A stretch of DNA of 64,000 nt from the NCBI GenBank assembly GCA_049671145.1, contig JBATUM010000185.1, positions 1,828-65,827 of the forward strand, written 5' to 3'. Shown piece after piece: positions 1 to 15,100 of this stretch (positions within the stretch are counted from its first letter, which is position 1; every line of letters starts with the position of its first letter). A program made the position numbers and the translations under genes. The notes beneath the pieces were generated by a model that saw only the letters and a program-made list of their open reading frames with translations, was not told where the DNA came from and searched no databases. The DNA comes from Promethearchaeia archaeon (GTDB lineage Archaea > Asgardarchaeota > Lokiarchaeia > Sigyniarchaeales > SOKP01).

Positions 1-60
1 ATTAATAACTCTCAATACGAGATGCCAAATTTAATCTCTGAGAGTGTTATTACTCATTAA

Positions 61-70
61 TTTTATAAAT
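61..70 (+). promoter_or_regulatory. Candidate archaeal TATA box for the giant ORF
   Basis: TTTTATAAAT lies 31-40 nt upstream of the ATG at 101. A second A/T box, ATATAAAAA, lies at about 82-90. No experimental support. Confidence 0.3.
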
Positions 71-100
71 TAAGAATTTAGATATAAAAAAGTGTAAAAT

Positions 101-3100
101 ATGTTCGAAAAAAAAGAATCTGATATAAAAAAGAGTGAGAAACAGAGAAAAAAAGACATTGATGACGGATTACATAAATATGGAAATTATTTATATAGTA
201 AAGTGTATGGCGCCCCAGAAACGCTTCTAACTGATCATGAAGGTAAGATTGGGTTTTATAAATCCCAAACCATGTTTTGTCCTAAAACCGAATGTCCATA
301 CCATAGAGTCTCTGATCTGAGTTTAAATATTGATTACAATCTTGAAGAATTTGAATCTGAAATCGATTATCAAGAACTTATCGGACATAAAATCAAGCAA
401 GAAGTACAAAATATTACTCCAATTGAAAAAGAACCAGTTAAAACACTTAGAGGACAGTTTCAAGAATTTCTTAAGACCTATAAAATTTCAAATGTCACTC
501 CTGATGAGTACTTTGGTATTGCTATGTTCTTTAATAAATATTATAGAAAATCTGAATCTCCAGATAGTCAAAAATGGGTACTTAAAAAATTAAAATATAC
601 ATCTGATCTGTGTTCCGTAGAGGAAGTGGAGGATACAAAACAGAAGTCCAAGCCACTACCCCATTCTAATGTAAAGCTAATAGGAAAATATGAACGATAC
701 TTAGAATCTCAGAAACGATCCATAAGAAGATCACGATATAATAAGAAAGTCATGAAAAGACGAACAAAAAACCTTAAAAGCTACAAGCCTATTCAAATCC
801 AAGAACCTTCCTTAAAAAAAGAGATTTATAACAGAAATGTTACTCGCCAGCAACTTCACAATGTAAATAAGAATCGTCCATTTAAAGAGAAGCAGATCCC
901 AGACCCCATCTATGATAGAAAAAGCAAGATATATTATGATAGTTCTCTCACTGAAAATTATTGCCTTAAAAAAGTTTTAGAACAGTCCCATGTTCATGAA
1001 TTAACACATAATTATACAGATGAAAGTTTACTTCGGAAAGAAATTGAATTCTTTTATTTAAAAGATTTTCTGGGCTTCTTCTTACGTAATCCTAATTTGC
1101 AAAAGAGTTTTCATTTTAAAGATAGTGATGAAATAGTCCATTTTGCTAAACTAATTAAGGGTTATTGCTATGACTCATTCATTTCTAATATAGTTGAAAA
1201 ATATCTCAAAGAATCCCCTCTTTATAGGTTAATTTCAAATATTTCTCTACTTTCTTCTCAAATCGAAAAGCAAATTATTCCTGCCTTTGAAGATATCATA
1301 TCAAAGAGCAAAAAAATAAGACAAATTATCAATTATGCTGAATGGACTAACTTATTTACTCTTAGTAGGAATATTGAGCATATTCAGAATCAGTTGATTC
1401 AGCACCAAGTAAAACAAAAGCATCACGCTTTACTTATTGGTTTATTACAGCAAGTAAATGCGTTATGTAAAGACGATCAAGTTTTAACTCATTTAAGAGA
1501 CGTATGTAGGTTTATTAAGGTACAAGTTACCTCGATCACTCCTTATATTTATTCCTCAATCAAACTTAAAAATCGTAAACGAGCCCAACTCCTCCTTACT
1601 CACACCCCTGTATCTGATTTAGTTTCATTTGTTAAACGAATGATTGCATATGATATAATAATGCAACGTTTAGAAATGAAGGAAAGCTTGAGCCTTAACA
1701 ATAAGGACGATAAACCTGTAGAAACAACTTTCTCAAAGATAAAAAATATATTTCGAAAAGAAAAAACTCAAAACAATATGAGAAAGAAGAGACTTATTAG
1801 TAGAATAAAATTACCAAAGTCAAAAAAATTACATATCAAATTAAATATATTTAATAAATTTAGGAAAAAGAGAAGGATTACTAAAAAAATTAGAAAAATT
1901 AGAAAGTTAAAAGAATCTGATTATCGTACCAAACATCCAGATGAATCTTTATATAAAAGAATTAGGCGCCGTTCAAAAGAAAAGTTTGGAAAGGTAAGAA
2001 AGAGGTCAATCCTAAATCTTGCAGGAAAAGGACTTGCTTCCTTTGGAGTAATCCTTCTATGCATATATTTAATTATTTCTTTAGACAATTCATTCTTCCC
2101 ATTTCACATTTTTATGGGTTTTCTTATCTTTCAAGTCCTTATTTATGGAATATTATTATTCTTTTCTATTGATAGGTATGTTTTGTCTAAAAGCCGGTTG
2201 TGGTATCTAATACTAAGCCCATTTATAGGTTTTACCTTATTATGGCTATGTGTAAAGCTTGGATTTTCTTTAGGTGCTACCTTAGTGATTCCAATCTTTA
2301 TGGTTGTTTCCCAACTATTAACTAGAAATCGACCTCATATAAGTGTAGAGGAATTAGTGCGCAGATCAACGAGTAAAATACGACATTCTACCTTACGTCT
2401 CTTTTATCACACCCATAAGTTTGGATTTCTAACTTTTTTACTAACTATAGTACTTATCATTTTCTTGTATTTCTATTTCTTTGTCCCCCATCTCAACTAT
2501 ATTCCGCCAATGCTAGCGACACTTGTCATATTTATATTTACTTTTAAGAGCAAGTCAGCACTAAAACGAGTTATAAGAGAAGTAAGGCGAAAACGTGCTA
2601 AGGTAGAAGAGTCAGAAATAAAAGCAAATAAATGCCTGTTAGTACTTCAAGATTCTAATAAAAGGAAAGCATTAATTGTTTTGGTGTTCCTTGTATTATT
2701 TCCGGTTTCCTTTATCGTAAATTCAGCAAAAACTGTTCATTGTCCTCCGGTTGAATTTGCCTATATTTCTCAAGAAGATCGGTTGTCTTCAAGTTCACTA
2801 GATTTTGAAACATTAGAATACCAACCTGATACTACATACTTGGAAGATATCTCCATTAAAGATATGTTTATTATGAAAAGTGAAATCTCTCCTGAATTTG
2901 CACAATCTGCAGCAATGCGGATTCAGCTAATTCCTGAGGATGTGCCGTATATAGAAGGATATCATATTCGTGATCATTATGATTTTAGATCTGGATATGT
3001 AAATGGACCATTAGAGGATTATGCCCTCATTACCAAGGTAGAACTAAATAGGTTTGATATCCTTCCTGGTCAGTATCAAATGCACGTGTATTATACTGAA

Positions 3101-6100
3101 TTAACCGGATTTTCATTTGCCACTTCAACTCCTGAAGAATATGAGATTACTCTTGAAAAAGATGCCATGCAAGTACTTTCCAATGAACGCTTCGAGGATT
3201 TACCAGTAGAATATTATGGAGCAGTTTGGACAGTAGAAAATGTGGTAGATAATTGCTGGACAATTCATTTTGATGGAACATTAACGAATTCTATTCATGA
3301 ACCATTAGCCAATTATGAACTAGATCTCTTTATTGAAGATCATGATACGTGGCAAAAAGTTACCACAGTTACTACTGATCTTGAAGGCAAATTTTCCTAT
3401 GAGTATACTATTTATGGTTCAATAGAAATGAATATGATGATCAAGATTTCCCATGAGGGAAACGGTTTATATAAACCCTTGGAATATATTGAATATGCAG
3501 GTCTAGAAATAAATACTGAACTTGGAAGATTTTTTATTGATGAAGATGGTGATGGGAAAATAGATTGGGGCCTGAGTTTAGAGGATTTATTAAATGCTCT
3601 ACTGGGAATGTCATACGCACCACCTAGTTCCCTTGATTTCCTTTCTCATTTCTCCGAAAGTTCAGGTACAAATACGTATGATGCTGTCCACAATTATCAA
3701 GGGATATTGAAAGGCGATACCCAATGGACAGTGGGAAAGGAAGGTTATGGACTTTATTTTGATGGGGAGGGAACTGTAAGCGAGGGTTCAGAAACCATCG
3801 GAACTACAATTTATAATGCATATGCGAATGTCTCCTATCAATATTCTGATACAGGATGGAATTCTCCTCAAACAACATCAAGCGTGGATAGAAGCGGAAG
3901 TGTGAATTGGTCTAATCCAAACAACGCACAATCTCAGGATGATAGCTACACCTCTTCCAATTTGGAGATAAGTGGAGGGAGTGGAGTGAGCAGTTGGCAT
4001 GCTGAATCCGATTCAGAACAATCAATAACCAGTTCAAGTTATGTTGAAAAACATACCTTAGATTTTACAGCTCCAGCACAAGGGGATTATTTAATTATAG
4101 TAAGTTGTGAGGTAGCTTCGACTTCAACCAGTTATTCGGTGGGAGTGAGAGTGCAGTTAGATGACACTACTACAATCATGGAAGCACTTACTGAAGCATG
4201 TGACTCCAATAGAAATTATGAGTATAAATGCGAATCAACTGCTTATCTAGCTGAAGATTTAGGAAGTGGTTCACACTCTATTGATATCGATGCGAAAAGA
4301 GAAGGGGGAACAAGTTATATTAGATATGCTCGGATTATAGTATTGCGTCTTGATGACTGGCTTTCCACTACAGGAATGTATGCTTATACTTCCACAGAAG
4401 GAAGTACCACTCCGGCGTCAAATCAATGGGTAGATCTTGAAACATTAACCTTTACGCCAGATCAAGCAGGAGATTATCTAGTCTTAGGAAGTGTTGAGGT
4501 GAAAGACTATCATACAGGATATTCGGCAGCAGTGAGATTAGATTATGATAATGGAAGCGAATATCTTCCTGTCATTCAAGGGGAGGAATCAGGACAAAGT
4601 TATATCACATATGAAGCAAAAGATACTACTGATTATCATGCCTTTGTCTTTGGAGGTATAATCAACATAACAGCGTCCCAAAAATCAATCAAATTACAAT
4701 CTTATATGGCTCATACAGGATTTTACAGGGAAGTGAGACGACGTAGAATCATTGCTATTAGATTAGACGCTATGAGTTCTGATACACAATCCACAGAGAA
4801 TGCCTCGAACACATCAACAACCAGCCAGTGGGCTGATAAATCCTCTCTACAGTTTACACCATCCTCTCAACAAGATTACTTTATTATTGGGGGAATGGTG
4901 ATAAAACCGGACCGTACTTGGAAACCTTCTCATGGAGAATTAACTCATACCACTGGAACTGGGACTGGTACAATAAGTTTGGCTAATGTTGATTCTAAAG
5001 ATCATGACAATCCTGCCGATTGCTTTCCTCTCATAGGTATAGCAATTAAACAGTTAAATGCAGAACAGCAGGTTTTTAAGACCAGATACGGGTATGCAGG
5101 AAGCTCAGGGACTACCTATGGTAAGGGTAGTTTTATCATTGCTGTTCCCCTTGGTGGTGGAGGTGGAGGCGGTAGTGCAGAATCAGATAATTTACGCTGT
5201 ACGAATTTTGGATTTAATATTCCCACTGGAGCAACAATAGAGGGTATCGAAGTAGGTATGGACAGATATGCTACTAATATAACTGAAAATTCAATTCGAG
5301 ATGATTCAATACGCTTAAGAAAAACCTCTGGGCCAGTAGGGACTGATAACGCTACTACGGACTGGTGGGACACTATGGATGATGATACATATAATACATA
5401 TGGGGGTTCAACAAATTTATGGGGTACTTCATGGACTCCCGCTGATATTAACAGTATTAATTTTGGAATTGATATTGCCGCAGAAAATATAGGGTCTACA
5501 AATACTGCCTATATAGACCATGTTCGTGTAAAAATTTATTATACAAAACAAGATAGTGGTATCATCCGCCCAGATGGAGATGTATCGGCTCAATGGGAAG
5601 CATCTTCGGACGGAAATCATTATTCGTTGATTAATGAAGAAACCTTAAACACGAGTGATTATATCTATACCTCTTCTAATACCACAGGGAGTGTAATTGA
5701 TGAGTTTACTATGGAAACTTTGAATATACAAAGTGGAACTGTTACCGAAATTACAGTGAAAGTCTATGGGAATGAAACATCGATTGATTCCACAGTTAAT
5801 GTATATTGTGGTAGTTGGATAGGAGCAAAGCAGTTAAATATGGAATCTGGTCAAACTTGGTATACTTATACGTGGTCAGGATTGAATCTATCCCAATCGG
5901 ATCTAGACGGATTAAAGATCAAGTTTGAATCAGTCCAACCACCTTCTGAAGGATCAACTACATATGATTATGTGGATTTTGGAGATATTTTAGACTCTGC
6001 TCTGGGCACTACCAATAATGAGTTTGTAATTACAGGATGGGTATATCCCACTGTGTTAACTTCAAATCAAAGTGATAATGGGATAAAGAACTGTTTTTTC

Positions 6101-9100
6101 TCCAAAGAGGGAATTTTAGAGATCGGTATTAATGAATCTGGCTATCTCCAATTATATATTAATACCAGCTCAATAGAAGCTACTGCCATATATGGATTCC
6201 AAAATGCAATTTCAACTAATAAATGGATATATATTGCAATACGCTACAATAATGGTAATATTGACGTGCTCATTGGCGATACATGGTGTACTTCAGCTTT
6301 GGGAAGCACCGCAGAGCCATGGAGTGGTGGAGGTAATCTGCAGTCTGGTGGTAAATTCACTATAGGGGCTGAGACTACTTCCTATAGCTGTTTTACAGGC
6401 AAAATTGATGAAGTATCGGTATTTAATACCTCTCTTACTAATGCAGAAATTGAAGAGCATAGCTTCCAAATTACTGCTACTGTTGCAAAAGAGGATGGCC
6501 AAGGCGGGTGGACACTTATCACTACAAATGGAGAGGTTATTGAGGGATACCTTAACTTTCAATGTGCAGTAGCAGGAAGAGAGGCAGACACCGTAGAGTA
6601 TTACCTTTCCAATGAAGTACCCGATATGGAAAGTCCAGATACGAATGATTGGTATTTCCTAACTTCTTACTCTTATGATTCATCTTCTTATAATTTTGTG
6701 TATAATTCATGGGATTTGCCAGATAATGACTCGTGGTACTTTATTATTAAAGCAACCGATGTTTATAATGATACGGTTTATACTTATTATGAGACCTATT
6801 TTGGCATTGATCATTTTGATGAGCTAATTAATTTTACTTATCTTGATAAAGATGGCAGAATTAACCAAAATTCTCAAATTGGAGTAATTCCTTATGAGGG
6901 ATGTGAAGGCTATATCTCTCAACTAAATCTTTATGTAAATTATTCGAATGATATTGATTACCTTACAACTGTTAATTATAGTGATTTATATTCAAACTAT
7001 TGGTTATTTAATCTTGATTCCCTTTCAGATTGGATTTCCCAAAAAGGACTGACTCCTGATAATTATGATATTAATTTTTTAATTGAGGCCAATTTATCTT
7101 ATTCAGTTGGAGAGGCTTTCTATCTTTATAATTATACACTTGAAACTATTACGTTAGATATTGAACCCCCCGAACTTGAACTGCTTACTAGTGGCAACTA
7201 CTCTTTTGACTTAGAGGATACTTATGATATTATTGAGGACAATGTACTTACTATGGCGACAAATTCTTCCGATGCTTATTTTGACCGTGTTATTTTGGAA
7301 TATAAATATACCACTCCTAGCACAGCAGGTTGGATTGAATATGGCGAATATTTAGCAGATAATACCTCACTAGCAGATGTCTCCTTTGATATTATCAACC
7401 TTCGAGATGACAACATAACAATTAGATTTATTGGCTATGATGATCTGGATAATTCTAAGATTCTATATTCCTCTGATTATTGGTTTATTAAGAATTTTAA
7501 CAATCACGAAGAGTTTGTAGTAGAAGGGTTAGAAGCGACAGCTTTATACGGGCTTGATGATACAGATAAGATTGACTTAGAGCTTAAAATCTTACCTGTA
7601 GATAATGATATTACCGAAGTGATTGTAAGAACTAATTATGAAGAGTTTAAATTAGATAATATTATATCGGAACAAGAACATATTTATTTTACAGATGATG
7701 GCAGCTCTGACCCCGATATTAAGCTAAATTCGGTATTTTATAATGTATTTGGGGCTAAATTTACCTTTATTCCGGTAAAAGTTATATTGTATCAAGGAAC
7801 TGATATAGTAAATTCTAAAGAGGTAGTAATTACAGTCATATCAGCAGTATTTAATGACACCGTACAAATGTCTAATCTTGAGATCAATGTATCCAGCACC
7901 ACAGATAATATTTATATGAGCTTTGTGAATGAAACTAATGCCTATAATAACTCTCATTCCATTCCATTTGTAGTTCGCAATCAATATCCAGTGGTTAATG
8001 TATATAATTCTCTCAACGAGCTGGTTGAGAGTATCCCCTTATATGCCAATAATGATAGCTGGGGAAGTAAGGTTTATGATACTGAGACTATAGAAATTTC
8101 TAGCAATAAGTTCAATGTATCGCTTCCAACCCCTCCATCGGGAGAGGTATGTTCCATTGATGAAGTATTGCTCAATGGATCTGCATATCCCTTTTCTTAT
8201 TTTATAAGTATGAATACTGGACAAGTATACATCACTTTACTTTCAGGCAATGATCTAGATGGAATTTATAATAGTTCTAACCCCATTTCAATCATTTATG
8301 GCGTATCTACTTCTCCCCATCCCACTGAACAATTTGTGGGGAGCTTTGATTTTTCTAACCTACATCAAGATAATTATACCTTTATAGGCAAATTTTATGA
8401 TATTTCTGGTGAAGTCTCGACATATTCCATTTCACAACCCACTATTATCGATTTTGATGGGCCAGAAATCTATCAACAATTTATGCAAGAAACTGCAGTA
8501 AATCCCGAAACTGGAACCATTTCATTTGTGATTGAAGACTTTTCAGGTGTATCCCATTATTACTTTAACACTACCATTGAAGGATATTGGGATATTGCGG
8601 GTGATATATATACTTTTTATTTCAATGATACTTCTATCAGTGAGGGAACTACCCATATCATCCTTTCTTGTAATGATACGTTAGGGTATGAATCCCAACA
8701 AACATTTGTTCTGTTTTTAGATAAAACAACTCCTTCTTTTGACGGTGTAGAAAGCAGTACTGATGTATGGAATGGATTATTTGAAATTTATGCAAATATT
8801 AGTGATAATTCAGGGTATACAGTAGATATCGAGCTATTACATATTTCTTCAAATACTATTTCCTCCAGTTTTGAGCATACGTATATTGAAATTGCTCCGG
8901 ATCAATGGCAGATTTTACTCGATAGTACTCGATTGCAAAGTGGCTATTATAACATTTCGATCATTGCAACTGATGCTGCCGAGAATATCCAAACCTATGT
9001 CATTGATAATGTGTATTTTGACAATACTATTTCGGTTATCGAGGAGTTAAAGGAAGAGGTATTTATCGATAGCGAAAGCATGTATAATAATACGATCCAT

Positions 9101-12100
9101 GACGAGCTATATTTCAGTGATGAAAAATATATCACGTTTACTGCATTTGATGAGATGTTTGATAATTTTAACTGGAGTAGCATTGATCAGGCTGTGTATG
9201 AGCAGCTAGGAGTGAAAAATGTAACCTTTTATTATACGAGCCAACTTGCTTGGTATCCGCTTCAAATTTATGGAACCCTCGATTATGAAACATTTGTGTA
9301 TAAAATCACTGGCTATGATGATCCACTTAATACTAACGTACAAAATATAAAAAGTATCCAGAAGTTAAGGATTGCAAATATTACCGTAGATAAATTTACT
9401 GTATTGCTGGATGGGACTTCTATATCTATACGAATCGATGAGCAATACCGTTACCTACTTTCTTCAGAATACAGTGATCAGATTGAAGCGCAATTTTATG
9501 AATTTGTGGATGATAATGTTCTACTAGCATTTGATCAAGTTTCTGAAAAGTGGAAATTAAAATCTACCGGTGAAAATTATTTCAATATTTCACAATATTT
9601 AACCTTAAATGAAGGAGATGAGTTCCTGTTCTGGTTTGAAATTGAAGATGGATTAGGAAATCTTATCCATTCGCACAAATATCATGGGGTATATGATAAT
9701 TCCATGACTAAGGATGGCTCAGATTCCTTTTTTAAATGGAGCTTAGGAACTAACTCCACTGGGGCAGGGATCGTTCTGTTTGGTTCTGATACTTATGCCG
9801 ATAGCACCATTCAGCTTAATTCTTCATCTATAGAAAATACTATCTTCGATGAATCCGATGTACAGCGTATCTATATTTATGGGTCGTCTGACCAGTCTAC
9901 ATGGGAGTTTATAGGTAGAGCCTATTATTCAGGAGAAGAAAGTATATGGAACTATTATTGGGACGGAGATATTATGGAACAATTACCTCCCGATCATTAT
10001 AACTTAAGGGTGTATTTATTTGATAGAGCAGGTAATTATCTTTCAGAGACTCATGTTATCCGCACGTTTGATTATACCCAGATTGCCTTAATTACTGATC
10101 TTATCTTTGGAGAGATTTTTGACTATAATTCTACCGCAAATTCCAATGAACAAGAGCTAAAAGGAATTATAGAAAATTATTTATCAGGTTCTTCAACGAG
10201 TTTATGGGATGTAATTGCTGAGTATTATAATCCTAATACAAAAGAGTGGATTCCTCTCGCCACTGATCCTGCTACCATTGTGGCAAATGGAAATTCAGCA
10301 AACTATACTATTACATGGGATATTAATCAAGATACCGCATTTATGGACACCATGTATAATTTAACCTATAATTATCTACCTTTACAAATCGCTTCTCCTA
10401 CCCAACAGAGTTTATGGGGTTCATGGGGCACATTTGGTATTGCCAGTGAATGGCAACCGATTATTATTTCGGAAGTCTCTTCAAATCTCGATATTTCGGT
10501 ATATAAATTCAATAGTACGACTGGGTGGGAACTTGATACCTCGTTAAGCAGTGAGGCTACCATTTCTTCAATTGAAGGGCAAGTGTTCAAATTATTCGAT
10601 ATTAATAAGGATGGAGTTTATGAAATTATTCGAGTATCCAGCTCGAAAATTGATGTTATATATTTAGACGGAAGTTCAGATTGGACAATTAAAGAGGATG
10701 TGACTGGTCTTTCTGGATATGAATATTCTGCCTTTGATATAGAGTATGATGGTACTTCCTCAAATTCCGTTATGGTAATTACCCAGAAAGATAGTTCACA
10801 ATTACTCTCATTGTGGTATTATCGGTTTGATTCTGAGTTTAATCTTACAAAAGTGGAAAGTGTTGAATGTCCTATAAATTTTGAACCATATGCCATTAAG
10901 ATAGAAAATTATTTCTCTGGCTCTGATAGAAAGGCCATTTTAGTAGGGGGATTAATTTCAAATTCTTATATTTCTCAGGTATTTGAATATGATTTCAACT
11001 TAAACCTCAAATATGTTATTGCTGACGAAATTATAGGTAAAGTTTCAGTTATCGAATATGATCAGATTAATGGGATCGATTCTATCATTCTAGGAGTTGA
11101 GCGCCTTGCTATCGGCAAGATGGATGCGGTTATTACTTTAAAACGGACTACTGGTACAGAAGAATGGGTTGAGTTTGAGCTTTCGGGTTTTGACGATCTT
11201 AAATTTCAGATTATTGATTTAATTACCATCCAAGAAAATAATATGAAACACCTTATTATCTCCTCTAAAACAGGGTTATTTCAGACAAGAATTATAACTT
11301 TACAGGATAAGACTTCAATTACTAGTCCGATATGTTTTATATCCGAGACTTATGCTAAAGGGGAGCTATCTCCTACGAACTATCCGGTTGTCACTCCTAA
11401 TAACCTACCCATTTATAATATTCAAAAAGCATCTTATAAAACAAGTGGAAGTAATCAATGGCAGACTTTAAATCCGGAAAAGTACCGCTATTCTCGAAAT
11501 GAGATTAGACTAGACCTACAATCCATCTGGTCTTCGTTAACGTACATCAAAATCGCTTATTCATTTGAATCGTTTGTGGCAGAGGCTCGAAGTTCTGTAG
11601 ATCCATCTTTTCAATCCTATTCAGGTACGTCTGATACCCAGAGTGTTTCTGCTTCGGGAATGTTTTTCAATGATTTCTCCTTACCGTTTGCCTGGCTCAA
11701 CCCTACCTCGAATTATTATGCTCCAAATGCCCATTGGAATACTTTACCCAACAGTCTGACCTATCAATATACCCCTGTCATTTCGGGGTTAGGCAATAAG
11801 GTTGTATATCCCACTATTAAATCTGATTGGGCAGAGAATTGGGGTTCCGAATATCTTAATATGCCAGAATTAGAAAATTCACTTATTTATTACGGAGATG
11901 GATATGACACGGGACAATTAACGCAGTATTTGAACTCCAAAGATCCTGATTTAGCAGATACCATGTATCTCAATAATTATGTAGATGGGATGTATATTTC
12001 CAACCCTTATATCTCAGAAAATTACAATTTTTCTGATATGTACTATTCCGATATACACAATATCAATAACCAGAACGGACTGTATAATTACTACGACGGT

Positions 12101-15100
12101 TCCCAGAAGGTAATTGCAAGAAATTCATTAGAAGACTGTCAGGTGTACGGTTCCAGTAACTCAAAAGTATTTGAAGAAGAGACGTTTCCTACCAAAGGTG
12201 AGGATCATTACTTACATTCAGTAACTTACATTTATGGCTCTCCATCATCAGGGAGCATTGCAAATACTAAAAGAGATGATAGTAATTACTTTGAGATGAA
12301 AAGCCAATTTTTCCATGATCCCTATGGTGATGATTATCAGGAATTTAATGTCGACCTCAATATTGATGGAGGGTATGGAGGAGATGATTATTATGTTTCT
12401 GTCCGGGTTACAGCGCCAATAAGTGTCCGTTTAATTATCAACGGCGTTTATGCCCAAGGAACAAGCATCGATGTAAATCTTGATTACATTGGAGATATTA
12501 CTCAGATAAAGTTAACTGCTGGCCGACCCGCCTCACAAGGTCAATTTAAAGTAAAGCTTTATTATTTTAAAGTAGCAAAATCTCTTTCTGCAGATTCCCC
12601 GCTCTATCAAAATCCTTCGGCACAAGAGGCCGAATATGTATTAGCAAACAGAAGTCAATATCTTGCTACAGACACGAGCGATTTTGCCGTATTCGGACTG
12701 GGATTTACTTATAAATTACCAGTGATCGATAGAGATGGCATAGAGGGCATTCATATAATGTTTGATGCGGCAATTTCTGCAGTGACCGCTGATAAGCATT
12801 ACCCTCTTTCTATTCAATTATGGAACTATGAACAGAATCGGTGGGAGTCGATTAATGTATCTAAACTAGATAGTTCTGATACTTACGATGATAATTATCT
12901 GGATAAGGACTTTTGGGCATGGGATCCAGGAGCTAGTTCGTATAAGGATGATAAATTCAGATCATCATGGCTTACCCAAGATGATACTAGCATTAATACT
13001 ATCTGCTTTGGAGATTGTGTTCCCCATTCAATAGATGCTTCTGGCTATATAGATTTTGATTCTTCGGTTGAAAACGGTGGTAACTTATTCAATACCAGTA
13101 AAACTGGATATTCTCGAAATAATGAGTATATTAGTCATTATCGAGTGTTATTTAACAATACAGCCTATGCAAATAAACTACAGGCTAACAGTTTGGTTAT
13201 TGACCCTAATAACTTTTTCACCAGCACTAGCACATTTCCCGCATATACTGATTCCTCTCTATTTTATTCTGCCAACTTTTATACTGATTTTCTTAACGAT
13301 CTGCATGAATTTAAAGTACGGATCGTTACTGAGAAAGAATCAGGGCAAGGTACTAATATTAATGCGTATCTATGCATTGGGGATTGTAATACCTATGTCC
13401 ATACTGATTCTTCTTACTTAAACTATGACGAGTTTGAATCTAATGCCCTTGATGGTAGACATATAAGCGATGATTTGGAGTTTACAGATCAAGGCATGAA
13501 ACTATATGGCTATAGTGGATTTAATCTTAAGGGAGTTCCTGAGGTTCAGAAATTCCGCGACGCCTTTAATTCATATCAATGGCAATTCGAAGGAACAGAT
13601 GATTCTACTATTTACTTTACAAAAGACATCCTTCAGGGAACTGTTGTTCGTTCATTGCATCCCAGTACAAATTACGATACTAATAACTTTACCAGTTATA
13701 GGAGACAGGATGCAGTTATAGATTATCCATTTTATAAATCGGCTCTTAAAGGAAATTATAAGGCAGGAAGTCTTCTGAGCATTGAGACCAATAATGGAAT
13801 ATATCTAAGCTATACCTCAGAAAAAGATACCTATCACGAGGCCGAAGTAAAAATATATAATTACTTCGATCAGATGTCGGGTAATGCTGCGAAGACATAC
13901 ACTATCTATTATGATATTGAAAGTGAAGGAACGGTTGATTTTATGTCTCTCTATAATGAAGATGAGACAATCGCCCAATGGGATGGGGGTGAGCTATCGG
14001 GAATGGATAGGGTAGAAGATCCAAGTACCTATAACCTCTATGTCTATGCCCGTTCTAACAGTAATTTTACCTTAAATATAGACCAGCTTGTTGTGGAAAC
14101 CACTCCAGAAGAGTGGGAGACGTTCATGGAGTTGGATACATTAGAGGAGTATTTAACATTCGGATCCAATGATAAGTTTAACCTAACTGTATCACGTGAT
14201 TCTTATCTTTATATTCCCACCCCTAGCCCTATAGCTAAACTGTATTCCACGTATCTATTTGACGAAGATACGATTACTTGGAACAATAAGCCTGCTGATA
14301 GAGGATTGATAACTCAAAACACCCTTCCTCAGAGTTCAACTTCCGAGATATTTGATTTGGGAACGATACATCCTACAAAACAGTATATAAAGGTTGATAT
14401 TTCCGCTACGGGCGGGTTTAACTTTTGGAGCCCCATTGTGAATTATCAATTTGCAAAGTCATATCAAGAAGGCGGCATGTTATACATGCAAACTAATACT
14501 ACGGAATTTTTAACATTGAAAAGCCCTGTGTATGCGAAAAATACTACCATGACACTAAATGACCACATCGTGGTAGAATGTAAGACTACCTCTTCAAATC
14601 AAATTAACCTTGCTTTACTTAGTGGGGATGTAGTAGTCAAAAACTATACGCTAATCCCTCAGAATAATACTGACTTTACCTCTCAGTTTATTGCATTAGA
14701 TACAAATTCCACCATAAAATTTGATCAAATCATTATTTCAGGACAATTAGACGAGGCTGAATATTTTATAGCGAATTCCATCACTGTTTTCGAAGGAGAA
14801 AGTATTGTGGACGTAAAGCTTTCTGCTTATGATTTTACTATAAAAAAGAATCAATGGCCGAATGTGCTCCCAGAAGGAGCAAAAGATCAAGAGCTCTCTG
14901 ATCCGATCTATGGTCAAGAAAAAGATGGACTCTACTATAACTTAAGTTCAGGAACATTTATAGATTATCAACAATTAATTGTGGAATTTGAATTTCCATT
15001 ATCTGCTGAAGAAATAACTAATGCTCATAAAGTTCAAGTTCGATTAAACGGCTATGCTCAAGGCGCCTCATTAGATGATGCCATATTCAAATATTTTAAT

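Noticed and set aside
4-51. Imperfect inverted repeat AATAACTCTC ... GAGAG-TG-TTATT at the window start, considered as a regulatory hairpin for the giant gene.
   Set aside because: It is interrupted (5 + 5 bp with a bulge), AT-rich, and cut by the window edge. It could equally be the terminator of an unseen upstream gene.
995-1009. HELTH (an HExxH zinc-protease motif) in the cytoplasmic N-terminal region of the giant protein.
   Set aside because: A five-residue pattern is expected by chance in a protein this long. No third ligand or Met-turn context is visible.
5147-5173. Gly7 run (GGTGGTGGAGGTGGAGGCGGT) considered as a slippage or phase-variation site.
   Set aside because: The nucleotide sequence is not a homopolymer or a perfect short tandem repeat. 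It reads as an ordinary flexible linker between domains.
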